Source of the DNA: a virus
DNA length: 64,000 bases
Virus record (IMG/VR): IMGVR_UViG_3300010413_000013
Span: 12,010-76,009 of that record
Strand: one strand, 5' to 3'
In this document: one piece after another, positions 18,278-28,149 of the stretch
Numbering within the stretch: position 1 is the first letter of the stretch
Layout: each line of letters starts with the position of its first letter
Made by a program: the position numbers and the translations under genes
Notes under the pieces: generated by a model
The model's input: only the letters and a program-made list of their open reading frames with translations
Database searches by the model: none
Told to the model about the DNA's origin: nothing

Positions 18278-19684
18278 ATGTCTTCTGAAGAAAAAAACTA
18301 TAGTCCAGAAGAAAGAATAGAGGGTTTGGATAGTGTATCAGACTCCGGTGTAGAAGAAGAAGTAAAAGGGATGCTAAAAAACAGTTTTGTAGATCACAAT
18401 GCAGAGAGGTCTACCATTCTATCAAACATCCTAAACAAATTATCTTCTTCCTCAAAACAAATTATTAATCTTGTATTAGATCCCCCAAAAGACTTAGAAG
18501 AAATCACTCTAAGTAAGGAGAAAGAGAAGTATATTACACTCATAGAGTTAGAAAGATATTTAGCATCATATGGTTGGAGTAGATATAAGATAGTAAAAGG
18601 AATTAAAGAAGTTCGTAAAGCATTAAACTATGTTTTTTATGATGTACAGAAAAAGGAGAAATTAAAAATGGCAAAAAAGACTACCACCAAAAAAACCAAC
18701 AAGAAAAGCACTGCACCAAAAGATGGACGGTTAGCAAAATTAAAGAAATTTGCAAAGTTGTTGGAGATTCCAAAATATACAAAAATGAATAAAGATACAC
18801 TTGAAGAAAAAGTTTTAGATGTAATAGAAGAGAAAGCAAGAGGTAGCAGGAAGTTCAGAAACTCAAAGGAAAATGAAGAAATGCTGCTTTTCTATAATTC
18901 TGTTGTAGATGAACAAATGGAAGATGATGAAGATGAAGTAGAGGAAGAAGAAACTGAAGATGAAGAAACCGAAACTGAAGACGAAGATGAAGACGAAGAT
19001 GAAGAAGAAACCGAAACTGAAGACGAGGACGAAGAAGAAACCGAAACCGAAACTGAAGACGAAGAGGAAGATGAAGAGGAAGAGGAAGAGGAGGAAGAGG
19101 AAGATGAAGAGGAGGAAGAGGAAGACGAAGAGGAAGATGAAGAGGAAGAGGAGGAAGAGGAAGAGGAAGATGATGGTCTGGATGAAATGGATCGAAAGGA
19201 ATTGAAAGCACACATTAAGGAAAATGATCTTGAAGTAAAAGTATTCAAGAAAATGTCAGACGATGATATTAGAGAAGCTATTAGAGCATTGGATGAAGAG
19301 GATGAAGAGGAAGAAGAGGAAGAAGAGGAAGAAGAAGAGGAAGTAGTAGAAACCAAAAAGAAACGTACTAAACTTGATGCAAAAAAAGGGAAAACAACCA
19401 CTACTAAAAAAGACAAAGGAAAGAAAGCACCACCTAAGAGAGTACAAAATGGGCCGGGAGTAATTGATTCTATGGTGGAATTTTTGGAGAAAAAACCACT
19501 TACCAAGAAAGCATTGGTAGACAAACTTGCAAAGAGATTCGCTGATAGAAGCGCAGAAGGTATGGCAAAATCTGTTTCTGTCTATCTTGGTGGGAAGGCT
19601 CCAAAGATCATGGGAAGAGGATACACTGTTAAAGTAGTAGATGGTAAGTATATCCTCAAAAAAGGCAAAGGCAAAAAGAAGTAG
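18278..19684 (+). CDS. Highly acidic protein with Rho-N-like helical motifs and putative C-terminal winged helix; probable internal start at 18668
   Basis: LKKFAKLLEIPKYTKMNKDTL motif, long E/D tracts, AAGGAG RBS before in-frame ATG 18668. Confidence 0.65.
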   Translation: MSSEEKNYSPEERIEGLDSVSDSGVEEEVKGMLKNSFVDHNAERSTILSNILNKLSSSSKQIINLVLDPPKDLEEITLSKEKEKYITLIELERYLASYGWSRYKIVKGIKEVRKALNYVFYDVQKKEKLKMAKKTTTKKTNKKSTAPKDGRLAKLKKFAKLLEIPKYTKMNKDTLEEKVLDVIEEKARGSRKFRNSKENEEMLLFYNSVVDEQMEDDEDEVEEEETEDEETETEDEDEDEDEEETETEDEDEEETETETEDEEEDEEEEEEEEEEDEEEEEEDEEEDEEEEEEEEEEDDGLDEMDRKELKAHIKENDLEVKVFKKMSDDDIREAIRALDEEDEEEEEEEEEEEEEVVETKKKRTKLDAKKGKTTTTKKDKGKKAPPKRVQNGPGVIDSMVEFLEKKPLTKKALVDKLAKRFADRSAEGMAKSVSVYLGGKAPKIMGRGYTVKVVDGKYILKKGKGKKK

Positions 19685-19713
19685 TAGAATTGGTTTAAGG
19701 AAGTAATATGAAT

Positions 19714-19770
19714 AAAAAGCCTCAATAGATTGTGCCTCTAGTATAGGTGCGTCTATTGAGGCTTTTTTTT
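19714..19770 (+). terminator. Rho-independent terminator
   Basis: AAAAAGCCTCAATAGA...TCTATTGAGGC followed by T8. Confidence 0.85.
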
Positions 19771-19795
19771 ATGCCTAAAAATTGAGGATACTACT

Positions 19796-22426
19796 ATGGC
19801 AAAGGAAGGTTTTTATACAGAAGAGAAAATGGCAAAAAAGAAAAAACCTATTAAGAGATCAGTACTACTACCAAACGAAAAAGATGGTTGTGAAAAGTGT
19901 GGATTATACAAACAAACAATGTTGCATAATCCAAAATTAAAACCTTATGGTAGTTTCAGAAAAGAAGTACTTGTTATAGGAGAAGCAGTAACAGCAAAAG
20001 ATGATTATAATGGAAAACCTTTTAGTATTAAGGATGATGCATGGAAAGTATTACATAAAGCCTTTCAAAATTGTGGATGGAGTTTATATAGAGATTGTAA
20101 AATAGTAAATTGCATAGACTGTAGATCAGTAAAAATAGTAGGAGAAGGACATGATTCTTTCATTACTGATAAAACACCTACTAAAACAGAAATACGATGT
20201 TGTTGGAATAGAAAGCTATCAGCTATTGAGAAGTATAAACCAAAAGCTGTTTTACTAGTAGGTGAAAAAGCTATATCTTCTTGGTATAGCTTTGATGAAG
20301 ACAGAAACGCCTTTTCAGAAGTATCCTTGTCTAGTTGGAGAGGAAAAATAATAAAAGATAGAAAACTGAATATATGGGTAGGACATATATACGATCCTTC
20401 ATACATAATTAGAGGAAAGGATAAATATTTTAATATTTATTGCAAAGAACTTAGGAACTTTCTAAAGAAAGTAGATGAACCACTTGAATTAGAACCAATG
20501 CCCAAAATCCACAACTTGAAAAAATTTGAAGAAGTAAAGAAGTTATTAAGCAGGATACTAAGAGAGAAAGGAGAGATCTGCTTTGACTATGAAACCAGTT
20601 CTTTTAGATACTTTGAAAATCAGCATGAATTATATTTAGTATCCATATGCTATAAAGGGAAGACATTTGTTTTTCCCTACGACTTTCCACATAAGTATAA
20701 GAATAATAGTAGAGTAGCATGGTGGAGTAGGTGGGAAAGAAGAGAAATAAAAAATCTACTAAAACGAATCCTTGAAGATCCTACAATTACTAAAGTAGCA
20801 CAAAACATAAAGCATGAAATAATTGCTTCTGAATATTTGGTAGAAGATGCAAAAGTTAGAGGTGCAGCATTCGACACAATGATTGCACACCACGTATTAG
20901 ATGAAACTGCTAAGACTACAGGATTAAAATTTCAAACCTTCTACCATTTTGGAGTATATGATTATAGTAGAGAAATGAAAAGATATATGGTAGCTGAAAG
21001 AGGAGAGAAAAATAATTTTATACTTGCTCCTACTAAAGAAGCTTTTAATTATTGTGGTTATGATAGTGCATTTACTAATAGAATAAAAAAGATCCAAAGG
21101 AGACAATTAAAAGAACAGAAACTAACCAAAGCATATGATTTATTGCATACAGGAGTAATAGCCTATGCCGACATAGAACAAAATGGAATTAAAATAGATG
21201 TAACATTAGCAAAGAAACTAAAGAACCAGTGGGATAATAGAATAGTAGAACTCAAAGACAGTATATTGAATAGTAAAGAAGCAAGGAGGTTTGAAAAGCT
21301 GAAGGGTAGACCTATGGCTTATAATAAAGAATTATCAGCAGCAGATTTGAGAGTACTACTATTTGATATACTGAAGATCAAACCAATAAAACACACCAAA
21401 ACAACTTGGTCTGTTGATAAAGAAGTATTAACTAAAATTGCTGCTAGGAATAAACTAGAGATACTAGACCACGAATTGGAAATAAGAATACTACAAAAAC
21501 TTTCTGGTACATACCTATCACAAATATTAGATAATGAAGTAAATGGGTTTATCTACCCAAATTTCAATCTACATATACCAGCAAGCTACAGATCTAGTTC
21601 TAATGATCCTAATTTACAGAATCAACCAAAGAGATATGAAGCAGGGAAGGAGATAAGAAGACTTTTTACTACTAGGTTTGGGCAGTTCGGACAGTTAGCA
21701 AATCCAGACTATAAAGCAATGGAAGTTAGAATTATAGCTTGTGTAACAAAAGATCCTGTACTAATAGACTTCATTGTTAGTGGTAACGATCCTCATGCCT
21801 ATTGGTCAGAAAAGATATTTAGTAGAATCTTTAGTAGTAAAGAAAGAACAAAAGAATTAAGACAGGAAACAAAAAATAAACTTGTTTTTCCTTGCTTCTA
21901 TGGATCTTTCTATAAGAAAACCGCACCCGATTTATGGGAAGTATTGACAGATGAAGAAAGAAGAGAATGGAAAAACTATAACAAATTCGAGCAACACATA
22001 GAAGATGTAGAAGACGACTTTTGGACTATGTTTAAAGTTACTAGAGAATGGCAGAATAATTATGTTAATAGTTATTATAAAAAAGGCTATATAAGAGATT
22101 ACGCTTGGGGATTTATTAGAAGAGGTTATTTAGATAGAACGAAAATATTTAACTTCCCAATTCAAGGACCAGCCTTTCATTGTTTACAATGGAGTATTAA
22201 TGAGATCTGGAAACAAAACTTCTTTAACATGAAGAGTCTACTATGTGGAGAGATCCATGATGAACTTTTTTGGGATAACTGGAGAAGAGAATTTCCAGTA
22301 TTGAAAAAGAAAGTAGACTATATCATGACAGAAAAAATCAGAGAAGATAATCCTTGGATTATAGTACCACTAGAGACAGAATGGGAAATAGGTCCAAATT
22401 GGGCAGAGATGAAAGAAGTAAAATGA
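19796..22426 (+). CDS. polA: Family A DNA polymerase with N-terminal uracil-DNA-glycosylase-like domain (SPO1-type architecture)
   Basis: CEKCGL..VIGEA (UDG family 4-like), FDYET exonuclease, RSSSNDPNLQN, DYKAMEVR, NFPIQG, IHDE. Confidence 0.9.
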   Translation: MAKEGFYTEEKMAKKKKPIKRSVLLPNEKDGCEKCGLYKQTMLHNPKLKPYGSFRKEVLVIGEAVTAKDDYNGKPFSIKDDAWKVLHKAFQNCGWSLYRDCKIVNCIDCRSVKIVGEGHDSFITDKTPTKTEIRCCWNRKLSAIEKYKPKAVLLVGEKAISSWYSFDEDRNAFSEVSLSSWRGKIIKDRKLNIWVGHIYDPSYIIRGKDKYFNIYCKELRNFLKKVDEPLELEPMPKIHNLKKFEEVKKLLSRILREKGEICFDYETSSFRYFENQHELYLVSICYKGKTFVFPYDFPHKYKNNSRVAWWSRWERREIKNLLKRILEDPTITKVAQNIKHEIIASEYLVEDAKVRGAAFDTMIAHHVLDETAKTTGLKFQTFYHFGVYDYSREMKRYMVAERGEKNNFILAPTKEAFNYCGYDSAFTNRIKKIQRRQLKEQKLTKAYDLLHTGVIAYADIEQNGIKIDVTLAKKLKNQWDNRIVELKDSILNSKEARRFEKLKGRPMAYNKELSAADLRVLLFDILKIKPIKHTKTTWSVDKEVLTKIAARNKLEILDHELEIRILQKLSGTYLSQILDNEVNGFIYPNFNLHIPASYRSSSNDPNLQNQPKRYEAGKEIRRLFTTRFGQFGQLANPDYKAMEVRIIACVTKDPVLIDFIVSGNDPHAYWSEKIFSRIFSSKERTKELRQETKNKLVFPCFYGSFYKKTAPDLWEVLTDEERREWKNYNKFEQHIEDVEDDFWTMFKVTREWQNNYVNSYYKKGYIRDYAWGFIRRGYLDRTKIFNFPIQGPAFHCLQWSINEIWKQNFFNMKSLLCGEIHDELFWDNWRREFPVLKKKVDYIMTEKIREDNPWIIVPLETEWEIGPNWAEMKEVK

Positions 22427-22686
22427 AAAAGAGAGAGAAGATAGTAATAGAAAGACTCCATTATAATCCAGTAGACCACATACCGAAAAAATGGTTAAGT
22501 GTAAGAAACAAAATACTATGGAAGATAAAACATAAGAAAGAATATGATGGAGCAGTGCGGTGTCCTATTTGTGGAAATGCTGTTGTCTATTCTATGGAAA
22601 CTTTTAACTACTCCTTTCATGTTATGTGTAAAACCAAAGGATGTATAAATTTCTTTGAACACGGCACTGAATTTATGGGGAGATAA
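22423..22686 (+). CDS. Zn-ribbon small protein
   Basis: CPIC...CKTKGC; ATGA-type coupling with polA. Confidence 0.5.
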   Translation: MKKREKIVIERLHYNPVDHIPKKWLSVRNKILWKIKHKKEYDGAVRCPICGNAVVYSMETFNYSFHVMCKTKGCINFFEHGTEFMGR

Positions 22687-22689
22687 ATT

Positions 22690-22887
22690 ATGGTTTGGAA
22701 AAATGAAACAGGAAGTAAAATGCCTTTTGGTAAATACAAAGGGACATATATAGAAGATCTACCGTATTCTTATTTAACTTGGTTACTTGAACAAAGTTGG
22801 TTTGAAAAGCAATATAAGTTTTTAATGATAGAATGCAATGAAGAATGGTTAGAAAGAAGAGAAAACCAAGAAAGAATGGATGAATAA
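22690..22887 (+). CDS. DUF3820-like small protein
   Basis: MPFGKYKG...LPYSYLTWL. Confidence 0.7.
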   Translation: MVWKNETGSKMPFGKYKGTYIEDLPYSYLTWLLEQSWFEKQYKFLMIECNEEWLERRENQERMDE

Positions 22888-23362
22888 AATGAAACGAAAA
22901 GAATTAGTAAGACTTAGTAGAAATAATCTAGACGATGCAGCAGAAGAACAAGCGGAAAGATATTTAGATGCAGCAGATACACAAGCTGAAGTAGGAAGAA
23001 GAAAAGAAAAATTAGAGAAAAGAATAAAAGATTTTGAAGCAGATCTAGCAGGGAAATACAGAAAACAACCTATGAAATATTTAGGTACTGATAAGATAAG
23101 TGTACAAGATAAAGCAATACAAGAAAGAATTAGTAGACATAAAACTATTAGAAGACTTAGAGATGAGCTAATAGACATTCGACATGAATTTAATATGGCA
23201 GCTAATTTAGTAAATGCTTTAGACCAAAGAAGATCGGGTATAAAGTATTTACAAGAACTATGGAAAGGAGAATATTGGGGATTAGAACACAATGCAGATC
23301 CATTAGAAGAAGCAGATTTACGACTTAGAAAACAAAAAAGGAGAAATAAAAACAATGAGTAA
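22880..23362 (+). CDS. Helical protein, possible UvsY-like recombination mediator
   Basis: Size, helical character and position before SSB/RecA. Confidence 0.4.
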   Translation: MNKMKRKELVRLSRNNLDDAAEEQAERYLDAADTQAEVGRRKEKLEKRIKDFEADLAGKYRKQPMKYLGTDKISVQDKAIQERISRHKTIRRLRDELIDIRHEFNMAANLVNALDQRRSGIKYLQELWKGEYWGLEHNADPLEEADLRLRKQKRRNKNNE

Positions 23363-24503
23363 AAAGAAAAAAACTACTAAAAGAAGCACTCCCGATTACA
23401 GTGGTATGAGAGAAGATGTAGACCATGTTGTAAAAAACAGAGGTAATACAGGGAAGTTTGGTAATTATTTTGTTGGAGATGTAGAATTATGGAAAGTTTC
23501 AGAAGATGAACACGAAATTGCTATTATGCCTTCTAAAATAGAAGATCCAGAAAACAGTATTTTCAGAAGTAATAATGCTTTAAACAAACCATTTAGAGAA
23601 GAAGACATTGAAAATGATAATTGTAGAATCTGGAGATTAACATTACTAATACATAGTAACGTCGGACCAAACCGTGATAGGATCGTTTGTCCGGGTACTG
23701 TTAAAAAACCATGTCCCATTTGTAATTTCATAGATACACTAGATCCAGAAGAAGATGAAAAACTTATTAATGATCTTAGAGCAACAAAGAAAGGGATTAT
23801 GGCTATTTACTGTTTCGATTCAAAAAAGGATAGAAAAAAAGGTATCCAAATTTGGGAAGCACCACATAAAAAGATAATAGATGTTGTAGGTAGTATTGCT
23901 TCTAAAAATAAAAAGAAAGGTGGGTATAAAGATTTTTTTATTCCAGAAGAAAATTGGAATATCCTTTTTGAAAGAACCGGCAGCCGATTGAATACGGATT
24001 ATCTAGATGTGAGAATAGAAGAAAGAGATGAGGAAGACCGATTTTCACCAAAAGAACTTAAAAAACTTTTAGCACAAGTACCAGATCTGGAACAAATAGT
24101 AGAAATTAAAAGTGAAGAAGAAATAGAAGAAATGTTTCCTATAGATGAACTAATGGAAAAACCAACAAAGAAAAACAAAAAGAAAAAACGACAGCGTTTT
24201 GACGAAGATGAAGAAACCGAAACTGAAGACGAAGATGAAGACGAAGATGAAGAGGAAGACGAAGATGAAGAAGAAACCGAAACTGAAGACGAAGATGAAG
24301 ACGAAGATGAAGAGGAAGACGAAGATGAAGAGGAAGACGAAGATGAAGACGAAGATGAAGATGAAGAAAAACCTGATTGCTTTGGTTTAAAATGTAATAA
24401 GATAAGCAAATGTAAGAAGTGTGATGAAGATATTTGGGATGAGTGTTTTGAACTTACTGAAAAGAGGGATAGAAAGAAAAAAGGTAAGAAAGGCAAAAAA
24501 TAA
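23355..24503 (+). CDS. ssDNA-binding protein (gp32-like) with acidic tract and Cys-rich tail
   Basis: H..CP....CPIC Zn site, acidic C-terminal region, position between polA and RecA. Confidence 0.65.
   Translation: MSKKKKTTKRSTPDYSGMREDVDHVVKNRGNTGKFGNYFVGDVELWKVSEDEHEIAIMPSKIEDPENSIFRSNNALNKPFREEDIENDNCRIWRLTLLIHSNVGPNRDRIVCPGTVKKPCPICNFIDTLDPEEDEKLINDLRATKKGIMAIYCFDSKKDRKKGIQIWEAPHKKIIDVVGSIASKNKKKGGYKDFFIPEENWNILFERTGSRLNTDYLDVRIEERDEEDRFSPKELKKLLAQVPDLEQIVEIKSEEEIEEMFPIDELMEKPTKKNKKKKRQRFDEDEETETEDEDEDEDEEEDEDEEETETEDEDEDEDEEEDEDEEEDEDEDEDEDEEKPDCFGLKCNKISKCKKCDEDIWDECFELTEKRDRKKKGKKGKK
24211..24330 (+). repeat. Exact 60-bp tandem duplication in the acidic tract
   Basis: 24211-24270 is identical to 24271-24330. 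Confidence 0.9.
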
Positions 24504-25525
24504 TGAAGAAAAGAAAAAGAATAAAACTTGAAGATTCTCTTCCTAGAGTAGATCCAAGCATGTTTATTGGCAGTGGTTCTACTCTACACAACCTAAGACT
24601 AACAGGACATCCCGATTGTGCATATAAAAAAGGAACCTTTGTAAATATAATAGGAGATTCTTTTGCAGGGAAAACAGTACTAGCATGGACAATACTAGCA
24701 CTTGCTTGTAGTGATAAGAGAGTAAAAGATTACGATAAATTTTATAATGAATCTGAAAACGGAGTAGGTTTTGATATAGAAGATCTATTTGGTAAAGTTG
24801 CAGCTAAGAAGGTTATAAGAGAAGTAGAAGGAGGTAGTTTTAAAAATTCTATTTATATAGAGAATTGGGCAAAAGACCTACCTAAGAGAATGTCAAAAAG
24901 ACCAATTATAGAAGTACAGGATAGCTTTGATAATTTAAAATGCAAAGAAGAAGAAAAAAAGAAGGTGGAAGATAGAAACTATCCATCAAAACCAAGGATA
25001 CTAACAGAAATCCTTAGAAGAAATGAAGGTACAGTAAAGAAAACAGGTAGTATTATTTTTATTGTTTCCCAAGTTAGGGATAATCTGGATGCTGTTATGT
25101 TTGGATCAAAAAAGCGTAGAACTGGTGGTAGAGCATTAAAGCATTACTGTGAAGTAGAAGAGTGGTTAGCAGCAGGAAAACCAATAACTAAAACATTTAG
25201 GGAAAGGAAAGAAGAAATAGGAAACTTTGTAGCTGTAAAGGTAACAAAGAATAGATCCACTGGTAGGAAAGGTAGAATAGAGTTTCCACTGATAGTAGAT
25301 TATGGGATTGATGATATTCTATCACAAATATTATTTCTAATACAATATAAAGAATGGAAGAAAACTGATAGTAAAATAAAATCTCCTTGGGGTAATTATA
25401 CACAACAAGCATTAATAAAATTGATAGAAGATGAAGGACTAGAAGAAGAGCTAAAAGCAGAAACCACTAAACTTTGGAGTGAGATGCTTAAAGCTATCAA
25501 AGTAGAAAGGAAAAGGAAGTTTTAA
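24503..25525 (+). CDS. RecA/UvsX-like recombinase
   Basis: GDSFAGKT, VQDS, SQVRD, TGGRALKHY, VTKNR. Confidence 0.85.
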   Translation: MKKRKRIKLEDSLPRVDPSMFIGSGSTLHNLRLTGHPDCAYKKGTFVNIIGDSFAGKTVLAWTILALACSDKRVKDYDKFYNESENGVGFDIEDLFGKVAAKKVIREVEGGSFKNSIYIENWAKDLPKRMSKRPIIEVQDSFDNLKCKEEEKKKVEDRNYPSKPRILTEILRRNEGTVKKTGSIIFIVSQVRDNLDAVMFGSKKRRTGGRALKHYCEVEEWLAAGKPITKTFRERKEEIGNFVAVKVTKNRSTGRKGRIEFPLIVDYGIDDILSQILFLIQYKEWKKTDSKIKSPWGNYTQQALIKLIEDEGLEEELKAETTKLWSEMLKAIKVERKRKF

Positions 25526-26364
25526 TGATTATAGTAGACTGTAACTCATTATGTTACAAAGCTTTCTTCTCCTATGGTGCTCTAACTACTGCCGATGAAA
25601 AGACAGGAATTGTCTATGGATTTTTTAGAGATATTTATAATCTTAAAAAGAAGTATAATAATTTATCTCCATTTCTTTTTACTTGGGATAGCAAGGAAAG
25701 TAAGAGAAGAGAAATCTATCCTTTGTATAAAGCAAACAGGACCAAAACCAAGTCTATGCTTTCTGAAGAAGACTTTGCACAATTTGATTTATTAAGAACA
25801 CAAGTACTACAAGAACTTGGATTTACAAATATCTACTATAGAAATGGATATGAAGCAGACGATTTAATAGCTTTAATTTGTCATAAATTTAAAAACAGTA
25901 GAAAGGTAATAGTATCATCAGATCAGGATCTATATCAATTATTATCTTCTACTACTATGATGTACAAACCAAAGAAGGATCAGGAATATACTCTAAAAGA
26001 TTTTAAACGGCAGTATAAGATAACTCCTGTACAGTGGGCAGAAGTAAAAGCTATTGCTGGTTGTTCTACTGATAATGTAAAAGGAATTAGAGGAGTGGGA
26101 GAAGCTACTGCTATAAAGATTATCAAAGGTACACATAGCCAGAAAGGAATGGTGAAAATAAAACAACAACAAAGCATAATAGATAGAAATAGAGAATTAG
26201 TGAAACTCCCATTTGAAGATTTTCCTATTAGAATACCAATAGAAGATAGTTTCAATTGGAAAGCATTTAAAATTTACTGCTATAGATTTGGTTTTAATTC
26301 TATAATAACAGAACTACCAAAATGGAAACAATTATTTTTAGATGGTACTGTAGAGTACTTTTAA
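25525..26364 (+). CDS. 5'-3' exonuclease / flap endonuclease
   Basis: IVDCNSL, YKANR, EADDLI, SSDQDLYQL, DNVKGIRGVGEATA. Confidence 0.92.
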   Translation: MIIVDCNSLCYKAFFSYGALTTADEKTGIVYGFFRDIYNLKKKYNNLSPFLFTWDSKESKRREIYPLYKANRTKTKSMLSEEDFAQFDLLRTQVLQELGFTNIYYRNGYEADDLIALICHKFKNSRKVIVSSDQDLYQLLSSTTMMYKPKKDQEYTLKDFKRQYKITPVQWAEVKAIAGCSTDNVKGIRGVGEATAIKIIKGTHSQKGMVKIKQQQSIIDRNRELVKLPFEDFPIRIPIEDSFNWKAFKIYCYRFGFNSIITELPKWKQLFLDGTVEYF

Positions 26365-26382
26365 ACAGAAAGGAGAATAACA

Positions 26383-26616
26383 TTGAAAGATAAGAAAAAA
26401 AAGAAGGTAGATCCTATTAGTAGAAACTTTAAAGAAATGATAGCAGCATTAGAAAAAGGATATGAAGAATATAAAAGATTTAAAGTAGACAAGGTTATGG
26501 TAGCTGCTAAAAATTCCAGAGATTGTTTAATGGTAGTACACAAAAGGACAAAAGAAAGTAGACAGCTTATACAGGACAAAAAAAATAAACGAATGGCAAT
26601 GAAGAAGAGTGGTTAA
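26383..26616 (+). CDS. Hc1-like (histone H1-like) small basic protein
   Basis: EYKRF..KVMVAAKNSR..L...KESR pattern; AAGGAG RBS with TTG start. Confidence 0.45.
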   Translation: MKDKKKKKVDPISRNFKEMIAALEKGYEEYKRFKVDKVMVAAKNSRDCLMVVHKRTKESRQLIQDKKNKRMAMKKSG

Positions 26617-26628
26617 ATAATATTAATA

Positions 26629-26730
26629 CTGCTTGCCGGGGGAAGAGTGGCTTGTTTCACTTGCCGTTCCGTTCGATTCGGAACTTTAAAAAGTCGGGTT
26701 GACGAGTTGGTTCGAGTCCAACTAAGCAGT
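26629..26730 (+). ncRNA. tRNA-like element with two T-loops (not a canonical tRNA)
   Basis: Acceptor-like stem CTGCTTG/TAAGCAG abutting T-arm GTTGG-TTCGAGT-CCAAC; second hairpin GTTCCG-TTCGATT-CGGAAC. Confidence 0.55.
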
Positions 26731-26885
26731 AAATAAAAAGGAGTAAACAATGTTTAATAAACTTGCTTTCTGTTTTTATGTTTTATTTGCAGCACCTCTT
26801 TCTGCTCTTATGTATTATTTAATAGGAGAGCATAAAGTATTTTCACTAGTGAAAGCAGATATAAAAGCAGGATGGGGGAGACTTA

Positions 26886-27254
26886 ATGAAGAAGAGAAAA
26901 AAAATAAACGTAGAAAGGATAGTAGCAAACAAAAACAAAAGAAGAGGTAGAAGTGTAGAAAAGAGAGTAGCCGACTATCTAGGCTTTGATGCTAAAGGTT
27001 TGTATGGTGGAGAAGACGCAAAATTAGGAATTTTCAGTGCAGAAGTAAAAGACAGGAAGAAGTATGCAGGTGCTACTATGTTCAAACAAGCCGAAACAAA
27101 TTGCAAAAAGGCGAAAAGGAAAATACCAATATTAGTAGTGCATACAACCAATGGTAGAATAGAAGATTCACTAGTACATATGAAAGCAAAGGATTGGATG
27201 GATCTATTTACCTTTGCTATGGAAAAGGGATATGTTAAAAAGAATAGAAGCTAA
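26886..27254 (+). CDS. Putative Holliday junction resolvase (PD-(D/E)xK)
   Basis: RGRSVEKRVA..D...AEVK. Confidence 0.6.
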   Translation: MKKRKKINVERIVANKNKRRGRSVEKRVADYLGFDAKGLYGGEDAKLGIFSAEVKDRKKYAGATMFKQAETNCKKAKRKIPILVVHTTNGRIEDSLVHMKAKDWMDLFTFAMEKGYVKKNRS

Positions 27255-28149
27255 AAACTTTCAATGCCATAAATCTACTAATATTGAATTAGCTGAAGGA
27301 GTAAACTACATAATAGGAGACTCAGGAACCGGAAAGACTTCTATATTTCAACGTCTACCCAAGTGGTTGTTTTTTAATATTTCTCCTAAAAATCTAATTA
27401 GACATGGACAGAAAGAAGTACAAGGAAAAGCTGTTTTCAGTAATGGAACTATAGTAGAGAAGACAAAAGGAACCAAAGGAATACAGATGAAGCTGAATGG
27501 TGAAAAGTTTGAAGCAGTGGGTAGATATGTTCCAGATGAAATAAAAGAAGTAATAAATCTAACAGAAAATAATTTTAATAATAATGGTAGACTCCTATTG
27601 AATATTAGACCGGGAGATAGAGCAAAGTTTATTAACAAACTTATTAATTTAGAAATAATAGATAAAGCAAGCAAAGAAGCGAATAAAGATATTATTAAAA
27701 TCAAAACACGACTCAAACACAAAGAAGAAGAAATAAAGAAAACAAAAGAAGAATTAAAAAAAATAGCATGGATACATTATGCAGAAGGAACTTTAGCTGT
27801 TCTGACAGAGATAGTGAATAAGACCAGAGAGGTAGACAGGAAGATAAGAAAAACAGAGGAGATCCTAAAAGAAAGAGAAGAAATACTATCTGATATTAGA
27901 ACACTTGAAAAAAATTATCCACCTATAGAGCAGATAGAAAACATGGTTGGTTTGGCTGAAAAGATAGAAGATATAGAACAGGCTATAAATGCAATAGAAA
28001 ATCTATTAGCTGAAGAAGTATCTATAACAGAAGAGATGAAAAATATTGAACGAATGTACAAAATGTATAAAAAGCAATTGATAGAAGAGTTTCCAGATAT
28101 TTGTCCTTTATGTAATCAAGAAGTAAAGAATAAAAAAGGTGTACTATGA
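27232..28149 (+). CDS. Rad50/SbcC-like ATPase, N-terminal half with Zn hook
   Basis: IEAKNFQCH, GDSGTGKTS, coiled coil, CPLC. Confidence 0.8.
   Translation: MLKRIEAKNFQCHKSTNIELAEGVNYIIGDSGTGKTSIFQRLPKWLFFNISPKNLIRHGQKEVQGKAVFSNGTIVEKTKGTKGIQMKLNGEKFEAVGRYVPDEIKEVINLTENNFNNNGRLLLNIRPGDRAKFINKLINLEIIDKASKEANKDIIKIKTRLKHKEEEIKKTKEELKKIAWIHYAEGTLAVLTEIVNKTREVDRKIRKTEEILKEREEILSDIRTLEKNYPPIEQIENMVGLAEKIEDIEQAINAIENLLAEEVSITEEMKNIERMYKMYKKQLIEEFPDICPLCNQEVKNKKGVL

Noticed and set aside
17916-18667. Split sigma-factor-like gene
   Set aside because: Only a vague resemblance; the ORFs are in different frames and the second has its own RBS. A profile search would be needed.
18855-19524. Long antisense/alternate-frame ORFs (poly-Ser, Phe/Leu-rich, Lys/Arg-rich), also at 23999-24496
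   Set aside because: Shadows of the GAA/GAG/GAT acidic tracts, which lack stops in other frames.
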